Source: an uncultured Pseudomonadota bacterium
GTDB taxonomy: Bacteria; Pseudomonadota; Alphaproteobacteria; RF32; CAG-239
Reading direction: 5' to 3'
DNA: 64,000 nucleotides
Assembly: GCA_902763535.1 (NCBI GenBank)
Contig: CACWSG010000003.1
Coordinates: 88,779 to 152,778 of the forward strand
Each line of letters opens with the position of its first letter. Position 1 is the first letter of the stretch. Both the position numbers and the translations under genes were made by a program. The notes below the pieces were generated by a model. The model worked only from the letters and a program-made list of their open reading frames with translations. It did no database searches and was not told the origin of the DNA. This document shows positions 34,277-43,308 of this stretch, piece by piece.

Positions 34277-34461
34277 TATTTTTGCCTTTACTTAAATAAC
34301 CTAATGGGCATTATGGAAGTTTAGAAATTTTTTGCAATAAAAAAATAAATTTATCATACTTTAACTAATATGATTTATATAAATGTGAATACATTAATTA
34401 TTTAAATTGCAAGTTTATATATTGTAAAATATCTTTATTAATAAATGATTGGAGGTAAAAA

Positions 34462-34773
34462 ATGGCAAATTCAGAATTAAAAATTGAACAAAAAAAAGAT
34501 GGCGGCAAACTCCTTTGCAAATTGACCGGTTGGCTGGACCCGAATACTTCGCCGAAGTTATTGGAGCAAGTTGATGTTGCAGAGGTAAATATGCTGATTT
34601 TTGATTTGGCAGATGTTGAATATGTTTTCTCATCAGGTTTGAGAGCATTTTTGGTTTTTCAAAAAATGATTGAAGGAAAAGGCGGAACCATGAAGTTGGT
34701 GAATGTTCCCGATCAAATCAGATTTGTTTTTACCGATACCGGTTTAGATGAATTGCTTGAGGTTAAAGAATAA
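34462..34773 (+). CDS. STAS-domain anti-sigma-factor antagonist
   Basis: 103 aa. DLADVEYVFSSGLRAFL contains the phosphorylatable Ser context of RsbV/SpoIIAA. Confidence 0.75.
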   Translation: MANSELKIEQKKDGGKLLCKLTGWLDPNTSPKLLEQVDVAEVNMLIFDLADVEYVFSSGLRAFLVFQKMIEGKGGTMKLVNVPDQIRFVFTDTGLDELLEVKE

Positions 34774-34807
34774 TCAGTTGATCCGCTCTTTAGAACAAGG
34801 ACAATAG

Positions 34808-35233
34808 ATGACTATGAGTGATTTTGATTCCTCTAAAACCTGCTTGACTTTTCCCGCTGATGACAAGAAATTGCGCGATTTGGTGGATTTCTTAAAGGCG
34901 GATATGGATAGGCATAATGTTTTGCCCAACAAGCAATTTAATATGATTTCGGCGGCGGAAGAGGTTTTTGTAAACATATCCAATTATGCTTATGACGGCA
35001 AAGGGCAAGTGGAGGTTACATCTTTTGTGCAAGATGCAACCTATTATGTGCGTTTTGCCGATGAGGGCAAAAAATATAATCCTTTGGAGCATGAAGATCC
35101 GGATATTACTCTGAAGCCGAAGGATAGACCTATCGGCGGGCTGGGAATTTTTTTGGCCAAAAAATTCTCGGATAAAATCAGTTATACTTATGAAAATGGC
35201 CAAAATATTTTAACCATCGGAATTAATTTATAG
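34808..35233 (+). CDS. Anti-sigma regulatory factor / serine kinase (HATPase_c, RsbW-like)
   Basis: 141 aa. It has N-box-like EEVFVNISNYAY and G-box GGLGIFLAKKFSD. Confidence 0.7.
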   Translation: MTMSDFDSSKTCLTFPADDKKLRDLVDFLKADMDRHNVLPNKQFNMISAAEEVFVNISNYAYDGKGQVEVTSFVQDATYYVRFADEGKKYNPLEHEDPDITLKPKDRPIGGLGIFLAKKFSDKISYTYENGQNILTIGINL

Positions 35234-35329
35234 AGCTTTAATTCTCTTGCTTCGGTGCAAAAAAAACTATACGAAACTCCCTTAGCGGGAGTTTTTTTAG
35301 TAAAAGATAATGATGAAGTTTAGAAAAGT

Positions 35330-35566
35330 TTAATTCTGACTGCCGCCGCAGACTTTGCAAGGGCGGGCGCCATATTCAACGGCTTTGTCAAGAGTGGTTT
35401 TGATGCAATTTCTGGTGCAGCGATGCGCCCACTTGCAATCGGGGCTGTGGTATATCAGACGCTGGGTGTTTAAAACTACAATCGGACTATCGGCGGCCAA
35501 AGCAGGTAGTGCCGCGATAAATAAACCTAAAAGAAAAAATATTTTACGCATTTTTACTTTACTCAT
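35330..35566 (-). CDS. Small secreted protein with Ada-like Cys-rich metal-binding motif
   Basis: Signal peptide MSKVKMRKIFFLLGLFIAALPALA, then YHSPDCKW..C..NC....EAVEYGARPCKVC-type spacing. The upstream part of the track ORF overlaps the GNAT gene and was discarded. Confidence 0.5.
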   Translation of the reverse strand: MSKVKMRKIFFLLGLFIAALPALAADSPIVVLNTQRLIYHSPDCKWAHRCTRNCIKTTLDKAVEYGARPCKVCGGSQN

Positions 35567-36374
35567 TTTCCAGTGGTGGCATAAAGTTGACGATGGTGCA
35601 GGTGAGCTGGTAGCCGATGGCTTGATAGCACCTATTGGACGGCGCGTAATCATAGTTGGTAAACAGCATAACCCCTTGTCCCTTTTTTAGGCTCAAAGAA
35701 GTGAGATAATGCACCAACATTTTGGCATAAGATTTGCCACGCGCTTCGGGCAGAGTAAAAACTTCGCCGATACGCGCATAAGTACCGCCTGTGCGTTTGT
35801 GAGCGATAGCAACAATCTTTTCATTGGTATCGCGCCAGACCAAATAGTTGGGATCAGAAGTATATTTTTGAGCATTCTCCATGCAATCTACAAGTTGAGC
35901 TTGAGGATTTTCTTCTGTTTCATGCCCAAATCCGACTATCATCCGGGCGATTTGTTCTACTTCGCCGGCTTTCGCCTGATCGGGGTGACCAATGTATTGA
36001 ACATCATTTAGTTGAGGGCAAGTATAAACTCCTAAGGTCTGCACGGATAATTCCGGAATTTGCCTATTTTCCACCAGATAATCATAAAAATTTTTCTTCG
36101 ACATAATCTTAAGAGGCGTGTTGGCGGCAAATTCTTTTTTGACAAACTCATAGAGTTCGGCTTTTTCCTGAAAGCTGTCAGCTGTCCACACAATAACGGC
36201 ATGCTCGGGATCCGAATTGACGATAGCACAATCCTTGCCATTGGAAAAAATTTTCGGCGTCGGATATTTTATGCTATCATTCAAAATGGTTTCCATTACG
36301 GAAAAAGCTAAAACATCTCGCAAAAACAATTCGGATTTAAATATCGCATTATTACGGGTAATCGGGGTAAACAT
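35559..36374 (-). CDS. GNAT-family N-acetyltransferase
   Basis: The C-terminal acetyl-CoA binding region EARGKSYAKMLVHYL (R/Q-x-x-G-x-G/A type) is present. Confidence 0.6.
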   Translation of the reverse strand: MFTPITRNNAIFKSELFLRDVLAFSVMETILNDSIKYPTPKIFSNGKDCAIVNSDPEHAVIVWTADSFQEKAELYEFVKKEFAANTPLKIMSKKNFYDYLVENRQIPELSVQTLGVYTCPQLNDVQYIGHPDQAKAGEVEQIARMIVGFGHETEENPQAQLVDCMENAQKYTSDPNYLVWRDTNEKIVAIAHKRTGGTYARIGEVFTLPEARGKSYAKMLVHYLTSLSLKKGQGVMLFTNYDYAPSNRCYQAIGYQLTCTIVNFMPPLENE

Positions 36375-36395
36375 TATAGATTCCTTACAAATAAG

Positions 36396-37073
36396 TTATT
36401 CAACATCAAAGTCAAAATAGGTGTCGGGATAAGGCTCATCTTTTAAGGTGAAGTGCCACCATTCGGAATCAATTCCTTGAAATCCGGCTTTAACCATTGC
36501 ATCGTGCAAAATTTGGCGATTGTGTTTTTGCTCGGCGGTGATGTTTTCATAATCGGGGTGCGAAATCTCGCTGAACAAATCAAATGTTCCGCCCATATCG
36601 ACAAAACCGCCATCTTTTTTGATGATGGTCAAGTCAACGGTGCTGCCGCGAGTATGACCGGATTTTTCCATAATATATCTGCCGGCAAGCAAATCAGATT
36701 TTTGCAAATCAGGATAAAAAGATTTGTCCCCCATATCAACAGGGTCATTAATCCATCTGACAAAATTATCAACGGCTTTTTGCGGACGATAAGAATCCCA
36801 AATCAAAAGCCGATAGCCTTGAGCGCGCAAATCAGCCGCCGCTTGAGCAAGAGCCGACAAAGCCGCTTTGGTCAGATAGGCATGCGGTGCTTGGTAACCG
36901 TCAATTTTGTTGCCGGTGAAATTGTTGGGCGAATAATAGCGGATATCATAAGCAGCATCATCAATCACTGAAGATATAAGCGCAAAATCCGATTTATCGG
37001 TGGAAATGGTTGCGGCAAAAACTGAGCCGGTCAAGCCGATAAATAAACTCAAAGCGATGATAAATTTTTTCAT
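36396..37073 (-). CDS. Exported D-alanyl-D-alanine dipeptidase (VanX/DdpX, peptidase M15D)
   Basis: Signal peptide MKKFIIALSLFIGLTGSVFA. Motifs LLIWDSYRP, SGHTRGSTVDLT and EWWHF are present. Confidence 0.8.
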   Translation of the reverse strand: MKKFIIALSLFIGLTGSVFAATISTDKSDFALISSVIDDAAYDIRYYSPNNFTGNKIDGYQAPHAYLTKAALSALAQAAADLRAQGYRLLIWDSYRPQKAVDNFVRWINDPVDMGDKSFYPDLQKSDLLAGRYIMEKSGHTRGSTVDLTIIKKDGGFVDMGGTFDLFSEISHPDYENITAEQKHNRQILHDAMVKAGFQGIDSEWWHFTLKDEPYPDTYFDFDVE

Positions 37074-37207
37074 GAGATTTTCCTTTTTAGTATTTGTTGA
37101 AATTATTATTGCGAGAAATTTTTTGAGAGTCAAATTTTAAATTTAAGAAAATATTAGCAGGAGTTAGTATATAATAATGCGAGTTAAATTATTTTCGGGA
37201 AAACAAA

Positions 37208-37852
37208 ATGCAATATTTTTTTCAAGATAACGGGGCTAAGGATTTAATTGTGTTCTTTGCCGGTTGGGGATGTGATGAGAATCAATTTGTCAATTTGCAC
37301 GATGTTAAAGATGTGCTGATTTTGTATGATTATCAGGATTTGAATTTAAATTTTGATTTCAAAAGGTATGCTAATGTTGAGGTTATTGCTTATTCGGCGG
37401 GGGTGTTTGTTGCTGCGCTGATGGCAGATAAAATACCTAATATCAGACGCAAGGTGGCAGTTTGCGGCAACCCGTATTTGTTTGATGAAAAACTCGGCAT
37501 ATCTCAAGCTACCATCCAAGTTTTTAAGGATATAAATTTGGATAACTATTTGGATTTTCGCCGCCAATATATGACTTTTGACAATGAGGAGTTTGAAAAA
37601 TACAATAAGTTACAATCGTTGCGGACAGTCGAGAGTTGTGCTGATGAATTAGCGGCTTTGCAAAAACTTTATGCTCTAAAAAAGGCGCAAATCAATCCGC
37701 AGTTTGATAAGGCTATTGTGGCGGAAAATGATTTGATATTTAGGCTTGAGGCGCAAAGGGAATTTTATCAAGATAAGTTACAAGTTATTCCGCAGGCTCG
37801 ACATCATATTTTCTTTAGGTTCAACAGTTTTGAAGATATACTTAAATTATAA
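37208..37852 (+). CDS. bioG: DUF452/BioG-like alpha/beta hydrolase (pimeloyl-ACP methyl ester esterase candidate)
   Basis: LIVFFAGWGCDENQF and the nucleophile elbow AYSAGVFVA are present. The length of about 214 aa is typical of BioG. Confidence 0.5.
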   Translation: MQYFFQDNGAKDLIVFFAGWGCDENQFVNLHDVKDVLILYDYQDLNLNFDFKRYANVEVIAYSAGVFVAALMADKIPNIRRKVAVCGNPYLFDEKLGISQATIQVFKDINLDNYLDFRRQYMTFDNEEFEKYNKLQSLRTVESCADELAALQKLYALKKAQINPQFDKAIVAENDLIFRLEAQREFYQDKLQVIPQARHHIFFRFNSFEDILKL

Positions 37853-38091
37853 AAGGCAACTTAACGCAATAATTCAGTTGGTGCTGTCGGGATTGGGTAT
37901 TGTTTTTTGTAGTCTGATTTATGTGATGAAATATGTGTTTATATAGTTATTATTTTATGAAGAATCAAGGTATTTAAAATATTTATTTTAAGCTCTTGCG
38001 CCCGGTAAAAATGTTACATATATCCTTTAGTAGAAACCGAAAATATTTCGGCGAAGATTTTGAACTTAGGTTTTTTAGAAGGAGAAAAGAT

Positions 38092-38559
38092 ATGTCACAT
38101 TTTTTAATGAAGAGAAATGAAATAGATCGTAAGAATAATGATGTTTGGGGACTTCAATCGGATATTAACCGCTTATTTGATGCTTTTATGAGTCCTTTTG
38201 ATGAGGCGGAATTTAGAAGTGCTTCAAATATGCCGAAATTGGATATTGCCGAATTAAAGGATAAGTATGAAGTAAAAGCAGAATTGCCCGGAATTGATGA
38301 AAAAGATATCAATTTGTCGGTAGAGGACGGATTGCTTAAAATTAGCGGTGAAAAGAAAAGTGAAACCGAGAATAAGGAGAAAGGATATTATTTGAAAGAA
38401 TGTTCTTACGGTTCCTTTAGCCGTTCAGTCAGATTGCCCGATAATATTGCAGAAGATAAAATTGCGGCAAACTTCAGTAAAGGTGTATTAACCATTGATA
38501 TGCCGAAAAAATCAGATGCGATATCAAAATCGAGGAAAATTGCTATCTCGGCAAAATAA
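38092..38559 (+). CDS. Hsp20/alpha-crystallin small heat-shock protein
   Basis: The alpha-crystallin domain (PKLDIAELKDKYEVKAELPGI...FSRSVRLP..GVLTIDMPK) is present. An AGGAGA RBS precedes the ATG at 38092. Confidence 0.85.
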   Translation: MSHFLMKRNEIDRKNNDVWGLQSDINRLFDAFMSPFDEAEFRSASNMPKLDIAELKDKYEVKAELPGIDEKDINLSVEDGLLKISGEKKSETENKEKGYYLKECSYGSFSRSVRLPDNIAEDKIAANFSKGVLTIDMPKKSDAISKSRKIAISAK

Positions 38560-38808
38560 GGTGAGATAGTTAATAAGAATGTCGGACTGATGTTGACTTT
38601 ATCAGTGTTCGTGTCTTTGATATGTTTTGATTATATAATTTTGTAATTTGCCACAAAGCCGCTACCTATATTTGCAGCGGCTTTGTTTTTTATGTCAATT
38701 AAAGCGGCGTTTACTAAAATAAAACATGAGAAGTAATAATTTGTTTTGATTTTTAAAATTTTTTATGATGATATGCTATAAATTGTTTGGATAATTGCGG
38801 GAAATAAA

Positions 38809-39471
38809 ATGGTGGATGTTTTTAAAAATAAAGTTCCCAATTTTGCAAAATTGTTGAATTTCGGATTTAGACAAGAAGGCGATTGCTATGTTTATCATAA
38901 GGCGATAAATAATGAGCAGTTTACTTTGCAAATTGTGATAGCTAAAGACGAAAAAGTGTCCGTTAAGATAATTGATAATGATTTTGGTGAAGAATATGTT
39001 TTGCATCTTGTGGCGGAGGCAACCGGAGAATATGTCGGCAAAATTCGCACAGAATATAATGATATTTTGCAAAAGATAGCTGATGAATGTTTTGAATGGA
39101 AGTTTTTCAAGAGCACTCAAGCTCAAGAAATTATGCAATATGTCAAACAAAAATATGATGATGAGTTGGAATATTTATGGCCCAAGTTTCCTAATAATGC
39201 AATATGGCGCAGAAAAGATAATAAAAAATGGTATGGTGCAATATTAACGACGACAAAAGATAAAATCGGGCTGCCCGGCAAAGAAACAATCGAAGTGCTG
39301 GATTTGCGCGCAGATAAAGATATGTTGCCGCAAATTGTCGATAATAAAAATTACTTTGCCGGATACCACATGAATAAACAACACTGGATTTCAATAGTTT
39401 TAGACGGCGAATTGGAATTGGCAGAAATTTGTCAGCGGTTGGATGATAGCTATAAATTGGCTAAAAATTAA
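38809..39471 (+). CDS. MmcQ/YjbR-family protein
   Basis: The C-terminal FAGYHMNKQHWISIVLDG motif is typical of the YjbR family. Confidence 0.7.
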   Translation: MVDVFKNKVPNFAKLLNFGFRQEGDCYVYHKAINNEQFTLQIVIAKDEKVSVKIIDNDFGEEYVLHLVAEATGEYVGKIRTEYNDILQKIADECFEWKFFKSTQAQEIMQYVKQKYDDELEYLWPKFPNNAIWRRKDNKKWYGAILTTTKDKIGLPGKETIEVLDLRADKDMLPQIVDNKNYFAGYHMNKQHWISIVLDGELELAEICQRLDDSYKLAKN

Positions 39472-39482
39472 AAAAATAATAT

Positions 39483-40301
39483 CTATTTTTTACAATCGCG
39501 TAACAAAATATGCTTGAACCATTTTTCTTGGAAAGCAACAGCTTCTTCAATTTCAGAATCGGTTGGGTTAGACGATTTCGGTACAACTATCAGTTTGTCA
39601 TCGTTATCATTGGTGCGATGAATTACCCCAATGCACAATCCGGTATATTTTGCCAAAGGTTTATCTTCCATCAACACATAAGCATCCAGTTCTTCACCAT
39701 CGCCGGAGGTTGTGAAAGGGACAAAACCATAGTTAATCGGATATTCAAAGCCATGTTTGGGATGAAGAGATCCTTTGGGGCGGTCAATTTTTACATTGAC
39801 CAATTCGCCGATGTAGCGATCATTGGGGAGATTATGTAACACAACCGGATAATTGTCTAAACTGTTCCAAGGCTCATATTGTTGCGATAATGTATCAAAC
39901 TCAGCTTCACTGATGTAAAGTTCATCGGGATTTTCTTTGGTACGTTGCAGTAAGCGTTCTTTGGCGGTAGATAAATCACAATCAAGCAAATGAAAAACCA
40001 CATCATCAGTAATTTGTAAGGCTCTGGTAAAGGCCTTTTTTCTGCTTTGGTGTGACCAAAAGCCATAGTCCATGATAACATCGGCCCCGCTTTTGATAAT
40101 TTGTTCAGCCAAGTGCCACAGCAAGCTGTCCACCTTGTCATAATCGGACTGAAAATCAGCATCAGGTATGTTGCGTCCATATAATTTTACCATAAATTCA
40201 TCATGGGTTAAACGCACAGCCGGTAAATTTTTTTCCAGTTGTTTGGCAAGAGTTGTTTTGCCAAATCCGATAAATCCTGTCATAAGGTGGATGGTTGCCA
40301 T
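39483..40301 (-). CDS. Fusion of a P-loop kinase-like ATPase (AAA_33) with inorganic pyrophosphatase
   Basis: The N-terminus has GFIGFGKTTLAKQL (Walker A). The C-terminus has KIDRPKGS..YPINYGFVPFTTSGDGEELDAYVL, which matches the family I PPase core. Confidence 0.65.
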   Translation of the reverse strand: MATIHLMTGFIGFGKTTLAKQLEKNLPAVRLTHDEFMVKLYGRNIPDADFQSDYDKVDSLLWHLAEQIIKSGADVIMDYGFWSHQSRKKAFTRALQITDDVVFHLLDCDLSTAKERLLQRTKENPDELYISEAEFDTLSQQYEPWNSLDNYPVVLHNLPNDRYIGELVNVKIDRPKGSLHPKHGFEYPINYGFVPFTTSGDGEELDAYVLMEDKPLAKYTGLCIGVIHRTNDNDDKLIVVPKSSNPTDSEIEEAVAFQEKWFKHILLRDCKK

Positions 40302-40368
40302 GGAATGTTGTCCTTATATAAAAAACTGTTATTATGATAATACAGCTCAAGCTAAAAGCAACAAAAAC

Positions 40369-42609
40369 TTAGCGGCCGCTGTTTGATTTGGTAATCGGCC
40401 GGTGCATAATCGGTTTGTTATCATAAGTTGCAGCGAACTCAGCTCGATTTGCAAAAGTTAAGGTTTTGCCGTTATGCGAAATCAGCATGGTGCTACCGGA
40501 TTGCAAAATATTGGTGCCGTCGGCAAAGGAAATTAAATTGCCATGCTCTCTGGTGTGCTTAAAGTTTGCCCGTAAAATAGTGCCATCATAACTCTTAAAT
40601 TTAAATTCTTTAATTCGTCCTGAGCTATCAAGCAAAACATTGTGGCGGTGGTCAATCAGCAAATTATCGCCTGCGCGAAACGGAATGCGTTTATTTTTTT
40701 CGTAATATTTGTTTACGGACAAATCCTTATCGGTAAAGATTTTGCTTTTGTCGGTTTGCAAGATGTTAAACACATCGGCATTAGCGTACCAATGAGTGTG
40801 GGTATCCCAATGAATACTCATATTGTTGAAATTTATGTGAATGCCGTTGGGAAACTTAATGCCGACAATCTCTTTATCTGCTATATTATAGACAACACCG
40901 TTAGGCATAATTTCTTTTTGGATATCGCCGTTTGACTTTGGGGTGGTGCGAACAATTTCGGCTCTGTTTGCGGCTTGAGTTATTGATTGATTGTTTTGCA
41001 ATATGCTGTGATGCTTAAAGTCAAGCCGAACAACTAACCCGTCATTATGGATGTATTCATATACATTATCGGAAATTTTTTTCACATCTGGACTGATTTC
41101 ATTGAGACGATGAGAAATGTTCCATGAGTCTTGCGAATATTTTTCCTGAACGGAATTGAGACGATTGCGTAGTTTTTCATCAAAATAATTATGGCTGAGA
41201 TCATTACGCAGACGAGTATAGTCTTGCCATGCATTGAATTCTTGTTGCGAAATAACTCCTGAAGTTTTAAGGTATTTCCAAGCTTTGTGTTTTTTCAGGT
41301 CTTGTCCGCGCATAATGCAATGCCGCATGACCAAACAGTCCATAAAATGAAAATATTGCAAAAACCACGAACGGGTATTATAGGTATTTATGTCAGCCAG
41401 TTTTGTCTCTTTCAGTTGCGGCGGAAAATCGTCAGCAATGCTCAGATTAGGCATAATTTTATGCAAACTTTGGTTTAATGATTTATATTTATCACTGGCC
41501 AGCGGATAGTTTAATTCAATCTTTTTATGTTGCGGTTGCTCAAGGGATTTCAGACGCTTGATAAATTTGTTGTTGCTCTCTGAAGTATCGCGAATTATAC
41601 GATTGGGGTTAACTTTGGCAATAACGGATTGCATCTGGTGTAATATATCAATATAAGATTTCATGCGCTGAACGATTGATTTGTCGCATAGCTTCAGGTA
41701 TGAATTTAAAAATTCGGCACGAGTAGTTTCATTTTTATATGATTTAATAGCACTGAAATAGCCTAATTCGTCCAATGTTTCCCACTGGTGGCGCATAAAG
41801 TTGCGAATATTAACATAGTCCTGAAAATCTTCAGCGGAATGAATAAGCCCCTCTTTTTGGGCTTGTTTTAAGGCTTCTCTGCCGTCGTACAAATTGTAGC
41901 GGTCGCGGCAAATGCTTTGAACTTTTTCAGCAAACGAACCCAGAATTTCCAGAATAATGTTTTCATTGGTTGCCACAACTTCTGCCGCAAAGATGTTCAT
42001 TGATGCTCTTTCAAACAGTTTTTCGGAGGTAAATTTATTTTTATGTAAATTTTCGGATATATTTACCATAATGCACAATTCGGTAAGCATTTTTTGGTCA
42101 TTGAGACATTCTTTAAGTAATTGGTCTTTAGTGTCGCGATCGGTATAGACAGCCTTATAGTGTCCATCGATATAAAATTCGGTATCACCTAATTTAGAAT
42201 TTTCAGGATAGATAAGCGTGTAGCGCTCAATCGGTGAGGGAAGCTGCATATTCATAATGCTGCGTATGTAAGGCGGAATAGCAAATACCGGAGGGGTTGC
42301 ATTATTTTCTTCACTCTTAATATGCTGTAATACAATATAAGTCTTATTTTGATTATAAACATTGTTATCAATAAAATCGGCGAAGTTTTTCTTATCGGCG
42401 GCGGTCATATCTCTCAGCTGCCACGGGAGTTTCGGATAATCGGGGTGCATATCTTCCATTTGGGATACTGCCAGCTCATCTATGGATGTCAGTTGCAACA
42501 ATTGTTCGTGCATACGGGCAACATACAAATAATCATCATATATCGCCGTCAAATCATCAATTTGCGACTGCGGAATAGATTTATAAATTTGTTTGTTGTT
42601 ATCTGTCAT
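40369..42609 (-). CDS. Large hypothetical protein with two HEPN (NTase-substrate-binding/DUF86-like) RN-x3-H motifs
   Basis: 746 aa. The motifs are NIR269NFMRH274QW and RLR468NDLSH473NYFDE. No other recognisable domain was seen. Confidence 0.45.
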   Translation of the reverse strand: MTDNNKQIYKSIPQSQIDDLTAIYDDYLYVARMHEQLLQLTSIDELAVSQMEDMHPDYPKLPWQLRDMTAADKKNFADFIDNNVYNQNKTYIVLQHIKSEENNATPPVFAIPPYIRSIMNMQLPSPIERYTLIYPENSKLGDTEFYIDGHYKAVYTDRDTKDQLLKECLNDQKMLTELCIMVNISENLHKNKFTSEKLFERASMNIFAAEVVATNENIILEILGSFAEKVQSICRDRYNLYDGREALKQAQKEGLIHSAEDFQDYVNIRNFMRHQWETLDELGYFSAIKSYKNETTRAEFLNSYLKLCDKSIVQRMKSYIDILHQMQSVIAKVNPNRIIRDTSESNNKFIKRLKSLEQPQHKKIELNYPLASDKYKSLNQSLHKIMPNLSIADDFPPQLKETKLADINTYNTRSWFLQYFHFMDCLVMRHCIMRGQDLKKHKAWKYLKTSGVISQQEFNAWQDYTRLRNDLSHNYFDEKLRNRLNSVQEKYSQDSWNISHRLNEISPDVKKISDNVYEYIHNDGLVVRLDFKHHSILQNNQSITQAANRAEIVRTTPKSNGDIQKEIMPNGVVYNIADKEIVGIKFPNGIHINFNNMSIHWDTHTHWYANADVFNILQTDKSKIFTDKDLSVNKYYEKNKRIPFRAGDNLLIDHRHNVLLDSSGRIKEFKFKSYDGTILRANFKHTREHGNLISFADGTNILQSGSTMLISHNGKTLTFANRAEFAATYDNKPIMHRPITKSNSGR

Positions 42610-42768
42610 ATCGGCTAACCTCGGGGATTTTTTTATATGATAGCAGCTGTTTTGTCAAGAATATTGCTTAATATAAAAAATATGACAGGTTATTTTATTC
42701 AAAACTACTTCCTCAAAGATTTGCATCCGATACCCCAAGCCAATAAAAAAGACACCGCAAGGGTGCCT

Positions 42769-42794
42769 TTTTTATTGGTCGGGAGTATAGGATT
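42769..42794 (-). repeat. Duplicate of the tRNA-Pro 3' end plus downstream A-tract
   Basis: tttttattggtcgggagtataggat(t) repeats 42932-42957. Confidence 0.85.
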
Positions 42795-42938
42795 ACTTCG
42801 TTCACTGCGGCAATCGGCAGTGCCGACCGGCGTATTTTCATTCGCCTTTGCCTTGTAGTCGAACCTACTTTTTCGTAGGTTCGAATGAATCTCATATTTC
42901 GACCAATAAAAAACCACCCATAAAGGGTGGCTTTTTAT

Positions 42939-43015
42939 TGGTCGGGAGTATAGGATTCGAACCTACGACATCTTGCTCCCAAAGCAAGCGCTCTACCAGG
43001 CTGAGCTAACTCCCG
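42939..43015 (-). tRNA. tRNA-Pro (anticodon TGG)
   Basis: Reverse complement is CGGGAGTTAGCTCAGCCTGGTAGAGCGCTTGCTTTGGGAGCAAG..GTAGGTTCGAATCCTATACTCCCGACCA. The anticodon loop is TTTGGGA. Confidence 0.9.
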
Positions 43016-43308
43016 AAAATTTATGTTCTTATAATAATAACCAACTCTTGCAAGATGTCAACGACATCTTTCTTGCTCGTAAAGCTCGCTTTTATGCTCG
43101 CTAACTCGCTTCGGTCACTTGTTTGCTAAGATTTGTTTTGAGATTTTGCAATCTCGCACAAATCTAATCAAACTTCATCTTTTGCGGTAAAAATAACCGG
43201 AGCAGCGGTTATTTTTATCCTCAAGCCCAAAGCAAGCGCTCTTGCGAAGCTAAATCCAGCTTTTGAAAACAACAATTATCTAAACCATATTTTTTGACAA
43301 ATCAAGTA

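Noticed and set aside
37960-38091. A sigma-32-type heat-shock promoter upstream of hsp20 (CTTG-N18-CATATAT around 37996-38025)
   Set aside because: The resemblance to the CTTG-N17-CYTATNT consensus is loose and the spacing is off by one. The support is not strong enough to annotate.
40369-42609. A compact Cas13-like effector, because of two HEPN R-x4-H motifs in one protein
   Set aside because: No CRISPR repeat-spacer array or cas1/cas2 occurs anywhere in the window. The motif flavour (RN-x3-H-x-Y/W) is HepT/NTase-substrate-binding-like rather than Cas13-like. It is kept only as an orphan dual-HEPN protein.
42637-42917. Three small ORFs (60-73 aa) across the tRNA-Pro downstream region
   Set aside because: They run through terminator hairpins and tRNA-fragment repeats on both strands. 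There is no RBS and the composition is implausible.
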